A DNA stretch of 62,993 bases, counting the filler, from Reticulomyxa filosa (lineage: Eukaryota > Protista > Foraminifera): the NCBI GenBank assembly GCA_000512085.1. It is 9 parts of 9 records of this genome, joined end to end, with 100 filler letters (N's around TTAATTAATTAA, not from the genome) between each part and the next. Parts side by side here need not be neighbours in the genome. Positions count along the whole stretch, not along the records: positions 25,149 to 43,423 come from ASPP01005748.1; 8 more parts are not named here. The stretch is one strand, 5' to 3'. The notes under the pieces were generated by a model, which saw nothing but the letters and a program-made list of their open reading frames with translations, made no database searches and was not told the DNA's origin. Below are positions 27,952 to 40,600 of this stretch, piece by piece (the first letter of the stretch is position 1; each line of letters starts with the position of its first letter). The translations under genes and the position numbers were made by a program.

Positions 27952-30215
27952 TTACTTAAAAGAGGACAAATACTGGATTTCGCGAAGAAGATTTGCTTTG
28001 GCTTTGTCTTGAAATTTGTTTTGGCAAGCGTTGGTAAAATACAGCAATGGCCGATCCAAAAATTTCTGCAGTACTTCTGCTCTACGAGATTGAAAATAAG
28101 GGGTTGGAACATGACGATACTCCTTGCGTATGTTATTCGCGTATTCATCATAATCTTTTTCTTCAGTTCCTAAAATGCTTAAATCCAAATCCAAAAACCA
28201 TTTCAAAATAGCATCGTCTTTAAACGTTTCATCCGTTGGAATTTCATGTTTAATCGTGGCAAGGATGTAATTTTCTACTGTACTACACAACTCTTTGGAA
28301 AATATCTCTTCTGTTAAAACATGAACAGTTGTCAATACTTCTTAAACATCACATATACATATATATGTATACATAATGTGTGTGTATATAATCATAAATC
28401 ATTAAAAACAAAAAAAACCAGAGAGAAATTGATTCCAATGCTTTGCGAAAAGCAGGAATACTTCAACGCTCAATTTTTCATTATCGGAGCGTTTCGGGTA
28501 GTACACGATGTCATGAAAGAGAATGGACCATTGCAGAGCGAAAAAATCGAGTTTGGTGGAGCGACTAGCGGCGATGATATCTTGGATGTGGAGTTGGTAG
28601 AGACGGAACAAAGAGGCGATATGATGGAGTGTGTGATAATGGCGATGGGGTTGAGAGTACATATGAAAGATGACATCCCACCATTCCGCCAGAGTTCTTT
28701 GAATCTGCTGAGTCACGGATGATTGTTGCAGCTTGGTCGAGGTGTTTGTCCCGCTCGCGTGGTTGTTCATTATCAAATGGAATAACAAACGTTCAAATTG
28801 GTTATGTACAAACGCATAGTCATCGCAATACTTGCGTATCTGAGTGGAGCTTGTTTTTTGTAACGGCACCAGTTGTGGTCCATTTTCTTTTTTAGGTTCT
28901 CTCGTTTCTGTTGTCGCTTTCAATATCTCGCGTTGTTTTTCATCATCCACTTGGACTGGTATTTCTTTCGTCTTTCCTTCGTCTTTCTCCATCGCCTCTC
29001 CCGCATGCTCGACATGCACTACCAAGTCAATCACAACAAGTTGCAATTCATTCAAGTTCATTTCCTTGCGCTTCGCATTCACCATTTCTCCACCTTTTTG
29101 TGTTTCCTTCGATACAATCAAAGCTTGCATTGGAGTTTTTAACGCAGGTCCATACATGTCACGCAATGGTTCAACCTTTTGGTTTATATATAAATAAATA
29201 TAAGTTTGCTGACAAGGTAAAATTCGACTTAATAATGTTTTCCAAAAAAAAAAAAAAAAAAAAAAAAAAGTATACGTGCGTATAGTAATGTTCAATTTTG
29301 GAATAACCTCCACTCGAATATGTGGATTAATGAGTTTGATGAAGGACAGCAACTCCTGTTTTCTGGCTTGAAATGGCAGTACCATATGCAACAGATCTTT
29401 TTTTTTGAGCATGTCATCATCGGTTAGGCCAATGAACAGAGTTTTCTTGGCAAGCAAAGCGCCGATAGTGAGCATGACTTTATGTCCGGAATGCAAGTGA
29501 TCAAAGGTGCCACCAAACACAACCTCATTGAACTGCTCGAGCATTGGCTTTGATGTCGTCGTATCGTCGGAGCGTTCGATGTCCGTCGTTATTGTCATCG
29601 TCTTTGGAGTTGTTATCCGTGCATTTAAACAAGGAAGCAATTCAGACTTCTTTATTTTCTCACCATTATTGTTATTATTATTGTTATTGCTACTTATTGC
29701 TGTGTTGGTAATCGTTGGTATTTGCTCATTCTTTAATGATGTCGGCAATAGGATGATACGACTGTCAAATGTCAACCCGTGATACATATTCATCGTCTTG
29801 TCCATTATATTGTACAGACATGTCAGTGTGTCGATCAACTCTGACAACGTTGAGTCTTGTATACTCACATTTTCAATGTATACGTATAACCCTTTCCATA
29901 CGTATTGTGAACTTTGTCCGATTATTTCTTCAAACCACTTTTTGTCTATCTTGCTCACGTTCCCGGATTCTTCTTTGACACTCAAGGTCACGTATGCCTT
30001 CTCATACTCGTGAATCGCTCTTTGCACCTCTTCTACTATTTCGCTCGGTGTCACTGACTTCAAATATGCTGATAACAAATGGTCATTCAGTCCTAATGTT
30101 GCTGCTTTTCCTTTTTTTTCCCCCAAACATTATATCAATCCCACGCTCTTGTATGCAGAAAAAAACACAAAAAGACTACGCTACTATCGGTCTCAGAGGA
30201 TGATACCGTGGACAT
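27952..30215 (-). CDS. Phosphopantetheine adenylyltransferase (eukaryotic/archaeal-type CoaD) fused to a C-terminal HD-superfamily phosphohydrolase (COG4339-like)
   Basis: PPAT motifs VVFGGTFDHLHSGHKVML, IGLTDDDMLKKK, LRDMYGPA, ALIVSKETQKGGEMVNAKR and KTSSTQIR. HD-domain motifs YSQPHRHYHTLHHI, ILFHDIVYYPKRSDNE, ILATIKH, FLDLDLSILG and YANNIRKEY. Inferred ATG at 30215 with three GT-AG introns. Confidence 0.88.
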
Positions 30216-30589
30216 GATAGATATGCTGGACGTAAATTATCAATAGATTTTTTTGGAAAAACAAAAGTGGCCTTAAAGAGCGTTCACAGCAAGATCTTTG
30301 ACTTTTGGATAATCAATACATAAGTGGAAAAATATAACATATTTTACGCTATCACAAAAAAAGACATTATGGCTCAGTAAATAAAATTGATTATATTTAA
30401 TAAAAATTGCAATAAACTAGTACAACCAATATAAAAGTTTAAGTTACGAATATTGATTTATTATACTTACACAATCGTGAAAAAAACGCTTTGCGATCAG
30501 AGTCCTTTTTTTCCTAAAGAAAGAAAGAACTTGACCAAAAGTCGAAAATAAAGTACTCAATTAAAAAACATCAATCCATCCGGAGAGCC

Positions 30590-31323
30590 TTAGTTTGGGC
30601 TGGCTTGAAACTAGGTCTATTAAAAAAGAAAAGTTATTTCACATCATTAACAAAATGCAAACTCAAAGTAAATACCATGCCGAAACTGTTTTTGAAATTT
30701 ATTATGAAAATCTTCCAACGCATTTTTATCATCTAAAATGAACCCAATGGTCTCTTCTTTTTCAGCCCAGTCTTCATTTGCTTTGGTTTTTTCTTTTAGC
30801 AACGTATGAGTTTTGTTGTTGTATTTACGAAAGATTCCCATTTTATGCAAACCCTGACTGTCCTGTTCCACCCCTTTGCTTTGATGGATGACGTTTTTAC
30901 CGTCAAAGTAAGTTTCTGAAGAAACAGTTTTAGAGTGCGTGTAAGAAGTAGTAGATTGGTTTGCATTTTTAAAGATTTTTTCTGATTCTTTTTTTCGTTT
31001 ATGCTCGCATCTCTTTGATAATGTTTTTTTATTTTTGTCCAAGCCGTCTGGAATTGAACGATAATTGTTTTTTGTTGGAGGATCCTCCCCTTCGCTCTCA
31101 GTGCCGCTTCCATTGGCAAGCATTGAAGTTCTCGTATCCTCCAATTCCTCATATTCAGATGTTAGCAATTTATTTTTTTTTGTGAAGACCGGCTTAATTC
31201 AGACTGGTCCGAACTAACAAAACCTAAACTGAGCCGATTGAAAATAGATGAATGATCAGAGAAGAATGGATCATCAGCAAATAAATCCTGTTGTTTACGG
31301 TTACGTGTTGCCTTGCTTTTCAT
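30590..31323 (-). CDS. Uncharacterised hydrophilic protein; apparent frameshift at a homopolymer near 31175
   Basis: ORFs 31162-31392 and 30647-31168 abut across an A-run; composition is coding-like. Confidence 0.45.
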
Positions 31324-31660
31324 TCTTAAACTTATTGACTTGCTATAAATTTTTTTAATCTTAGAATGAGCAATAAAATTACGCAAAATCAATAAAAGTG
31401 GTGATCATAATTTGTTGTTTAAATACTTTTATTTTTCCAATGTTTACAAAGTATCCATTTTTTTTGGCATGTGCAAAGTTGAACCTACCATAAGTGAACA
31501 TTTTTTATGAGTTTTTTTTGCAATTAAAAGCACAGAGGATGCAAAAAAAAATCTGGTAAAAATTGGCCAAAAATGAAAAGTATTTGATTTTATTATTTTA
31601 GATTATATTTTGTATTAAAGTTAACACTTTACGGCAAAAAAAAGTTTAGGGAGAAAAGTA

Positions 31661-32553
31661 TCAATCAGAAGCAGAGGCAAGTCCTTTGGCAATAGCCAGA
31701 GATTCTTTTAGCATTTCAATTTTTTGAGTGACAACAGTGGGGTCATTGGACAAAGCATCATTAAAAACAAAAACTCGATTGCATGAGTTCCTATCACTTT
31801 TATGTCTATATAAAATAGGCAAAGCACATGAACGACAGTTCATTCGATATTGAATTTCCAAAGCCTCAACAGTTTTTTCAACAGTTGCCTCAGCTGCATT
31901 GTCAAGTTCTTTTTCTTTTGCTTTGTTGTCCCCAGTGTCAGCAGGCACGTGCACCACACATTGTCTGCGAAGCACTTTCACGCCACCTTCGTACAGTCCC
32001 GGTGTTCGAAACACTTGCGTGGATATGTCCACACAATAGCTTTCGTCTTGTTTCCGGATCAGACAATCGAACAGCGACGTCTCCATTACCATTGCGAAGC
32101 GTCCACAATGCGCACACCAATATCTTTCCAAGTATTTATCAGCTACCTCACTGTCAAATGAAGAATAATCGGTTTGGGCAAAGCGGGCATTTTGACGATA
32201 TTGTTCCTTTTTTTTTTTCCCCACGCCCCTTTCTTTTTCGATTCAATCGCAATTTCGGAAGAAATGAATGAATAAATAAAAACCACACTTAACAAATTCC
32301 TTTTCATCTCTCAGTCTTCTTCGGTACTCTAATTTGTCGTGTTGCTCTCGTTCCATCTGTTCCTTGGTTGAACTATTCGGAGCTAATAAGGAAACATTCG
32401 AGGAACCCAGTTGCTGCAAATTTTCTTCGGGAATGTCTGGGTGAAACTCGCTCGACCTCAATGGCCCTTGGGGAACTGTTTCCAATCAGTCGATTAAATT
32501 AATCAATTGAAAAAGACCACGGATGAGCGAGGAAAAAAACACAACTTACGCAT
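31661..32553 (-). CDS. STEEP1: STEEP1/CXorf56 (UPF0428) family protein
   Basis: YWCAHCGRFAMVMETSLFDCLIRKQDESYCVD...KVLRR...LEIQYRMNCRSCALPILYR...VFVFNDAL matches the family pattern. The inferred first coding exon ATGC|gtaagt at 32553 splices in frame to LPQGPLRS. Confidence 0.8.
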
Positions 32554-32907
32554 TTCTCTTTCGCGCGTTGCTGAGAATGATTAAACTTCAAAAAAAAAAA
32601 ACCCTTCACCAACACTGAACTAACAAGACCTAAAACAGGCAAACTATTGCAACTTGTAGCGTTCACAAGCTAATATACCCTTGCGCGTTCTTGTAGCCAA
32701 TTTTAAATAGTTACATTTTTTGGCTTGTTCTGGAGTATTGATTATCAATCTATCTGAAGAGCCAACTGACATAAGATTAGGAATGCAATAATTTTAAGTT
32801 TCAAGTTCTTGTCCAGAATAAAAAGCGTATATTTTTGGCAGTTCAGTGCACTTAAAAGGTTATTCGAAAATTTTTTTAAAATATAATCAACACATAATAT
32901 TCGTAAA

Positions 32908-35900
32908 ATGGGCTCGTATTGGCTTATATTGGGATTTGTACTTCATTTTTTCTGTTGGTCGACAAATGGAGACCCTATGACTGAGTCTTTTTTTAGTAAG
33001 TTGACTCGATAGGAATACAACACGACAAAACCTGTTTGTGAGTGAAATGAGAAAACAAATAAACTTGGGAGGGAAAAAACGAAAAACGAAAAATAAAAAA
33101 AACACTGAAACGAAATGAAAGGGGAACTATCCAACACTGGAATTCGCAAATGGTTGGCAAAAAATAAAGTTTTTGAGACGTCGACAATGAAGGCGTTGAG
33201 CCACAAAAAAATTAATGGGGACTTTCTGTTGGATAACCTGGAAAATAACTATGAAGAGCTGACTGAAATAAATGAAAGCGACCGCACAAAACTAAGCGAA
33301 ATTGTGTGTGAAGAAGTTGACTACGAACCATGTTACAAATTTGATAATTTTGACAACGAAGGGGATAATGAAAATGAGAATGAGAGTGAGAATGAAAATG
33401 AGAATGAGAATGAGGGCGATGAAGGAGAAGAAGACGGGGATGATGGTAATGATGAGAAGGAGGAAGATAACAATAAAGACGGCAATAAAGACGGCAATAA
33501 AGACGACAACAAATATTCTGAAGAATTGAAGGAGACTTGTTTGAAAATTTTGAAAAATGAAAAAGGAACCACAGAATACAACTTATGTAAAACTCTCATC
33601 GATATTATTAACCCTCAGACCGAGACACAAGAGCAACCCTCAAATACCGAAAAGAGCGACAAAAAAGGCAGTGGAAATCACAAAAGTAACAAAGATGACA
33701 AAGATAATAAAGATGACAAAGATGATAAAGATGACAGAGATGACAAAGATGACAAAGATGACAAAGATGACAAAGATGATAAAGATGACAAAGATGACGA
33801 AGGTGAAAACGACCAAACCGAAGATACTACAAACAATGATGATACATTTCAGGGAAGTGGAGATGGCAATGACGACGACAAGGACAAGCAGAAGAAACCA
33901 CCGAAAAAAAACAAGGACGAAAAGGTAACACCCAAGTTGTCATTGACTTATAAAAAAGAAACGGTTCAGTCCCACGAGAACAATGGCGTGAAATGGGTTA
34001 ACAAAGTCATTTTCACCATCACCAACGACCCTAAAGTTGGTCTACAAACACAACACTTTTTTTTTTGTTTTTTGGAAATTCATGGACTGTTGTATGTTCA
34101 ATTTTGTTTGAATGAATGAACAAGTAATTCAATGAATATGAGTAAAAAAAAAAAATAATATATATATATATGTATATACATATATATATGTCTTGTCATG
34201 TAAAAAAAAAAAAAAAAAAGTCGAGCGAAACAGAATCATATCAAGTAAAGTGGTGGGTGAAAAGCCACGAAGAGCAGATACTGATGCAACAGTACGACAA
34301 GAACGAACAGAGCGCATTGACAATCACAATATTCCCGGAACTTGCATACGAGTTTGTGATCATCGCGCTCGACAAAGAGCAGAACGAGCTGGAGCTATCC
34401 GCCGTGCAGTCGATAGACACCGGTGCAATGGAAGCCTCCACGCAATTTTGCACGAGCAGTCAGCTGACGATACGTGGCTACGGCAAGGGAAGCGTCAAAA
34501 TCGTAGAAGAAGACTTGCAGTCCGTGGGCGCCTCTAGTCGAATTGGTTGGACTATCAGCTCCGAAGGAAAGTGGACTGTCCTCGGGCCTTTGGCTACCGA
34601 TTGGAATTCTATTGAGGTATTCATTATCTTTTATATACATATGTATGTATATGTATATGTATATGTGTATACGTATATGTACATTTTTATGTCCTGTGAT
34701 ACTTTTTTAAATCTGTATTTCAAATTTGAGAGGGCACTCATTCAAATTTTTTTACTTTAAAAAAAAAAAAAAATGTGGTAACAAAATTTTTATTTGTGTG
34801 TGTGTGTGTGAATTTGTTTTGCACCAAGCATAAACAAATTGCAGAAAAAGTTCGAAATTTAATGTTCGACACGTACAACGTGGCTCGCGCCGAAGTGTCG
34901 CAAAACTGCTTTGTGGACAGCACGGATGAGAACTCGAACACCGGTGGCTCGCAGGCGTGGATGGTTCTGGCGCTGATCGGCATCGGCGTTGGTCTCTATT
35001 TCCTCCACCAAAAAGTGAAGCACGAGGAAGGTGGGATTGGAGGCTTGCTTCGCAATCTCGTCCACAAGTTGAGTGGCGGAGACGCTGTTCCACATAGCAA
35101 CATAAGCCAAAATACCAGTGCGAGAAAGCGCGATTATTCTCGCACGAGCATTAACGACGATGACAACGATGACGATGGTAATGATAGTGGCAATGACGAC
35201 ATTGCTGCGGGCAATCACAGTAATAATCGCAAAGACACTAGTCGCAGAGATGAAGAGGCGTATTCACATCATGGGACTGAACAGCAAGGTCGTAAACCTC
35301 AGCCAAAGGGTCTCTCCATCAAACATACCACAACCGATGATGTGCAACGCAATGTATCTGCAAGACCCAAATTTTCTCGTTCACAGTTTAAAGTGCTTTT
35401 TTTTTTTTCCCCTTTTTTTTTTGTATAGTGTCGTGCATAAACAAAATAATGTGATCAGATCCGCAAGAGAATTTATGAAAGGCGTGCTTCAAGAATTGGG
35501 CTACCCGGCCTTTGCTGCTGAACAATACTTGAAGCTACTGACGGATCACTCCTTGACCACGGTTTCACAGTTGGAAGCGATGGACAAAAAAGACTGGAAA
35601 TCACTCGGCTACACCGACGAAATCATCATTCAAATAACCAAAGAATTGAGCAATCTTGATGAAGTGTCCAAAAAAACAACCCAGAAGACCATCACCGATA
35701 ATTTCGATGACGACTTGCTCTCCATTCGTGATAACCAGTTGAGTGGTAGCAGCATGTCGCCCAAGATAAAAGATACTCGTCTCAAAGATAGTACTTCTGG
35801 CCCTGACAAAAAACAAAAACGAAACACCAAAGATACCGTAGTCAATGTAAATGAGGATCCAACTGGAAATAAAAATAAAGAAAGTTCTGTCGATTTTGAC

Positions 35901-35909
35901 GATTTCTGA
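32908..35909 (+). CDS. Type I single-pass membrane protein: signal peptide, acidic repeats, FN3-like domain, TM helix, cytoplasmic SAM-like domain
   Basis: Exon 1 MGSYWLILGFVLHFFCWSTNG (32908, donor gtaag at 32996, acceptor at 33121). FN3-like YQVKWWVK..IFPELAYEFVIIALD; TM AWMVLALIGIGVGLYFLH; SAM-like VLQELGYPAFAAEQYLKLLTDHSLTTVSQLEAMDKKDWKSLG. Confidence 0.7.
33694..33798 (+). repeat. 9-bp coding tandem repeat (gatgacaaa)n encoding (DDK)n
   Basis: About 11-12 imperfect copies visible directly. Confidence 0.9.
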
Positions 35910-36536
35910 ACGGACTTATACTGAGGAAAGGGAGGGGGAGGGACTTTTTTATTTTGTTTTTTTTAATTGCTTTTCCTCCAAATTCTTTTGGCTTTCGCTC
36001 ATTGCTTCAAAAACAGACAAACAAAATTTGAATCAAATTACAACTATTTTATTAATCTTTTTTTTTAAGTGGTTGTTAACATTGTGCAAGGGAGATGCTT
36101 TGTTGTGACCTATGGAAAGAAATTTCTTCCAATAACTATGCGAAATTCCATGAATTTATTGGCACACTCTGCCAAAGCTCAGTAAGCGCGCAAACAGATT
36201 CCAAATAAGCAATAAACGAACCACAATAAAAAAACTACTAATTATTTATAAAAATGAAAAATTATAAAAATATATCATTCATGGAATTTTCGAAATTGTG
36301 CAAAAAACTGAAAGGCTTTTTTGTTTCATGATCGAATTGCAATTCTGCTGTTAGTTTTCTGTTGTTATTATCATCTCAAGAAAATGAACTTTACGCTATT
36401 AATAGTTGCACGCATTTGTGTAAGCAGATTTTCGCAAAAAGTAATGAAAATGCAGTGGATTTTGATGTAAACCCTACATTCATATTTTTTTTATTGGATT
36501 TCCCTTTAGACATTTTCCATCAGAAAGACAATCACC

Positions 36537-38424
36537 ATGAAGCGAAGAAAGCCAGATGATGAATCAACAGATACAAGCCCTTCGAAGAAAATAAAGGCAA
36601 TAGGTAAGCAAGAAATGGAATATATGAGAAAGACAAAACCCAAACAACACAACGACAGCAATAACGAAGACGAAGCATATTTGGCAACACACATTGTATG
36701 CAAACTAGAAACACATGAAGCTGAGGATTGGAAATCACCAGAAGGTGCATTACGGTGGTTATTGCAATCTCCTTTGACAAACAAGGACCTGACAGTGGAG
36801 AAATTTAACAAGGAATTTTTACATGTGAAGCCGCTTTATATTTCACGCGAAAACGCAACGTATTACGAAGAGTTGGGATTTTCATTTGACAACCTGTGTC
36901 AAATCTCAGACAAGCACACGTTTTACTTGGGAGAGCACATAATGTGCAAGAAATACGACAAAGATTCGCATTTGGAATTGTCTCCGTTTGTAGCAAACGA
37001 GAACGGCGAAGAAGCCTTGGACGAGTTGAGCGGGCAAAAGCTGAAGAAGTTGCTTCGAGAGGAAGGGTATACGATCCAAATGCATCACTTGCAACATTAC
37101 AATACAGCCATCCATGAGTTATTGTACCAGTTGGAATGCTATTACAAGGTGCTATTTGGAAGCAACGTATACATCACTAAAAGGGGCACGCAAGGGCTCG
37201 CGCCACATTTTGACGACGTGGACGTATTTGTATTGCAATTGGAAGGAGAAAAAAAATGGCATCTGTTGCAATTGCCACCCTCTCAAGCCAACCCTATTCG
37301 CTCCAGCGAAAACCTTAATTTAGATGAAATTGGAGCTACGAAACTAATGGAATGCGTTTTGAAGCCAGGAGATTTATTATGTTAGTTACAACATATATAT
37401 ACATATATTTATATGTACATATACATATACATGTATGTATATATGTGTATAAGCATGTGTTTTAATTTAATTAATTAGATATGCCTCGAGGTATTATTCA
37501 TTATGCAGAGTGTACGAATGGATCCCATTCGACTCATCTCACAATCTCGAGCCACCAGAACATGAACCGGGGTGCGTTTTTGAGATCGTATTTGATTCGC
37601 ATAGTCGACGCGGCGCTGAAGCATGACCCGTTTTTACGCCAAAATGTCCCGATAAAATATTGGTCTGAAAATATTGGAAGCTTTACTGAAAAACAGCAGC
37701 AATCAGAGAGCAAGTCGTCGAAGGACAGCGATACTGAAACAATGTCCAAACCCAAATTTTGAACATGTTTGATCACTTGAAACAATCTTTTTTGATCACG
37801 ATGCCCTCAGCGACACTGTCGATGAAATGGCCATTGAGTTTACTGCCAGGAGACTTCCACCAGTCAAACTAATCCTAACGGTGAAAACAAAACCGATGCT
37901 GAAGAGGAAGATGAGGACGATGATGAGGACGATGATGAAGATGATGTTGAGTTGGATGAAGAAACAGACGAAATACAATGGATTGGAGAGAACAAATGCC
38001 GTGTGGTGATTGCTCCACAAGCCGATTGGATCCGAGAACCTGAAGAAGATGATGAGCCAGCAAAGAAAGATAACCCAAAAAAAAGGCGAATAATGCGAAT
38101 GACCCCAGTGGACTGTTTGATAATCAGTGTATGCTGATTTATCATTGCTTGAACAACTCAAAACGTGCTCATCAAATTGAGTTCCTTGATCAACCCAAAC
38201 CCAATCCTTTGATGGCGGAACACGTCTTTTTAAGAAAAGTACTTCAAGAGTTAATGGCCAATCAAAACCAGTGGATTCCACTCAAACAATTTATTTTCGA
38301 ACATGCATCCGATCCTGAGTCTACTCGATCAGATGAAGACTCAAAATACTCCATTTTGTTGGAATTTATTGCCGCTTTGATCGGAGAAAAACTTGTTGAA
38401 AAAAGGTCCTTTGCATCATCATAG
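36537..38424 (+). CDS. RIOX1: JmjC ribosomal oxygenase RIOX1/NO66 (RIOX family)
   Basis: GSNVYITKRGTQGLAPHFDDVDVFVLQLEGEKKWHL (HxD), VLKPGDLL-YMPRGIIHYA across an intron at about 37381-37478, HSTHLTIS, DEMAIEFTARRLPP and LIYHCLNNSK. The 3' part has several homopolymer frameshifts. Confidence 0.85.
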
Positions 38425-38667
38425 TTCCTGCCTTCCATATTGTTTGTTAGAAATCTTTGACAACATTTTTCTAGTTTGTTACATTTGTAAGTCTATTCTT
38501 ATTGGTTATTTCAATTTGAATTAAATTTAACATGCTCGTTGAGTTTATTTTTTTAACTTGAGTTGTAATGCTTCATTATTAAAACTTGTTTCATCCATTT
38601 TGTTCTTAAGTGCAAACTTCTTCATAATGGTAGTCGTGTAAAGGAAAAAAGAAACATAACAAAAATC

Positions 38668-40600
38668 ATGGCACAGCCCAACCAAGATGTCCTATTTGTT
38701 GTTGAAATATCAGTTAGTGGAAAACAAGTAGCACCATTGTCTGTTGGAAAAACTGATGATTGTGCGGTTCTTGCAACAGAATTTGCTCACAAGCATAACT
38801 TAAATGAGGTAATATATTTTTTTAGTGGGTTTATGAATAAAGAACTAAATCAAAATACAATCATAGTCTCAAATACCAAAGTTGACAAATGAAATTGAAG
38901 AGCTGCGACGGCAGTATTTGTTACAACAAATTCCACATACCTCTGAGCTTGAAAGTAAAGATGATCTTCCCACACAGGACACAAGTTTGTCGTGTGGGTC
39001 AGATGAAAATATTGAGCAACAGTTTCTTTCAAATATTGCCATTAAAACACCTGCGAAAGAAATAGATCAAAACAATGATGAGGTAGAAGAAGATTACATT
39101 TCTTCATCTACGTCCACAAGTGACATACTTGTAAATGCTGTTGAAGAAGATACAAACGGTGCTGAAGAAGACAGGAGTACCTCAAACACTGTTCAAGATG
39201 CTGACACTCCTACAGATTCCTGTGAACTTATTGTAGACACCACCCAAGACTGTATGAAACGATCTTTATGTCTTACGTTTTATTTTACTTATGCATGCTG
39301 AAGCTAAAAAAAAACTATTTCTCCTTTTTCTTTGTACAGCCCTGTTCAAAGAATTTTTCGATGCTCATTCACAGCAAGCACTTCCACGTTCTGATAATAA
39401 CAATGGACCACACCCAAAAGTAAAGCCACAAAACAAAAAAAACTTACAAGAATTAGAGTGGGTTGACGAGACAAACATTGCCTCGGTAGACAATCTAGCA
39501 AAAAAAACTATTCATATGAAATCCAGAGAGAGCCGGTTTGAAATGCTTTACAAAAATGGTATTTATGAAATTAAATTTTTTTCTATTTTATTGCATAAAG
39601 CAAAATACAAAAATTTTTAAAAATAACAGCTCAAATTAGACAAATTAAACTGAATGCACTTCAAGAACAAAAGAGAAGACATGACTTAAAACATATTAAA
39701 GAAGAGTGCAGCTTTAAACCACAAATTTCTTCAAGTGCCCGCACTTTGAAAAGAGATGGCAGCAAGGTATGGAAAAGAATTGTTGATCCAATGGGAACAA
39801 ATAAAACCAAGCAATTAGAAAAATTACGAGAAATATGGCTGGTCAGTTTTTTTGACTGTTATTTTAACCAAACAAAATCATACAATAAAACCTTGGCACA
39901 TATCTTTCAGGAATCAAATAAAATTAAAGAACAACAAGAGTGCACATTTTCACCTCAAATTTCAAAACGTACAAAAATGTTGGCACTTTGTAAAGAGATT
40001 AAACATGACACAGCTCAAAAAAATGTATGGGAAAGACTTTGTATTCCTCTTAGCGAGAAACCTCCTGCTGCAAACATCCAAAAAAGAACACATGCCAAAA
40101 CAGCCCCTCCTATTGAAAAGGCACATTCAACAAACAATATGTTGTTTGAAAGATTATACGAAGAACACAAAAGAGTTAAATTACGTCTGACTAAATCAAA
40201 AAGTTCAAAATTTGAACTATCTTTTCCTTTCTCTAACAGCTACTTCAAAAAAAAGACGGCACGTTCAAACACCCAGATGAAACAGACTTGACTTTTCATC
40301 CAAAATTAATATGTAATTATAAAAGCAAATCTAAAACAAAAGAGCATGATAATGTCAAGAAAAATCATAAGTCTTTTGGCGATAGGCTTCACCAAAGTCG
40401 GTCACATAATACAATTCATCATTCCCACGTAAGCAATATTTTTCTTTTTATTGCATACTTACATATTATCCATTTTTTTGTTGTTGTAAAAACAATTATT
40501 ATGGAAGTGTAGGATTTTGAAATAGAGGAATCCATCAGTTGATTGTGTGAGCAGAAAAACTCCAAAAATCGTACACTCATAAAAAAAATTATTGACTGTC
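38668..40600 (+). CDS. Uncharacterised multi-exon protein with repeated CxFxP and F/W-ERLY-like motifs
   Basis: ECSFKPQIS, ECTFSPQIS, LTFHPKL, RFEMLY, VWERL and LFERLYEE occur in GT-AG-joinable exons. Confidence 0.55.

Noticed and set aside
33557-33928. (MTK)n ORF
   Set aside because: Alternative frame of the (DDK)n tandem repeat.
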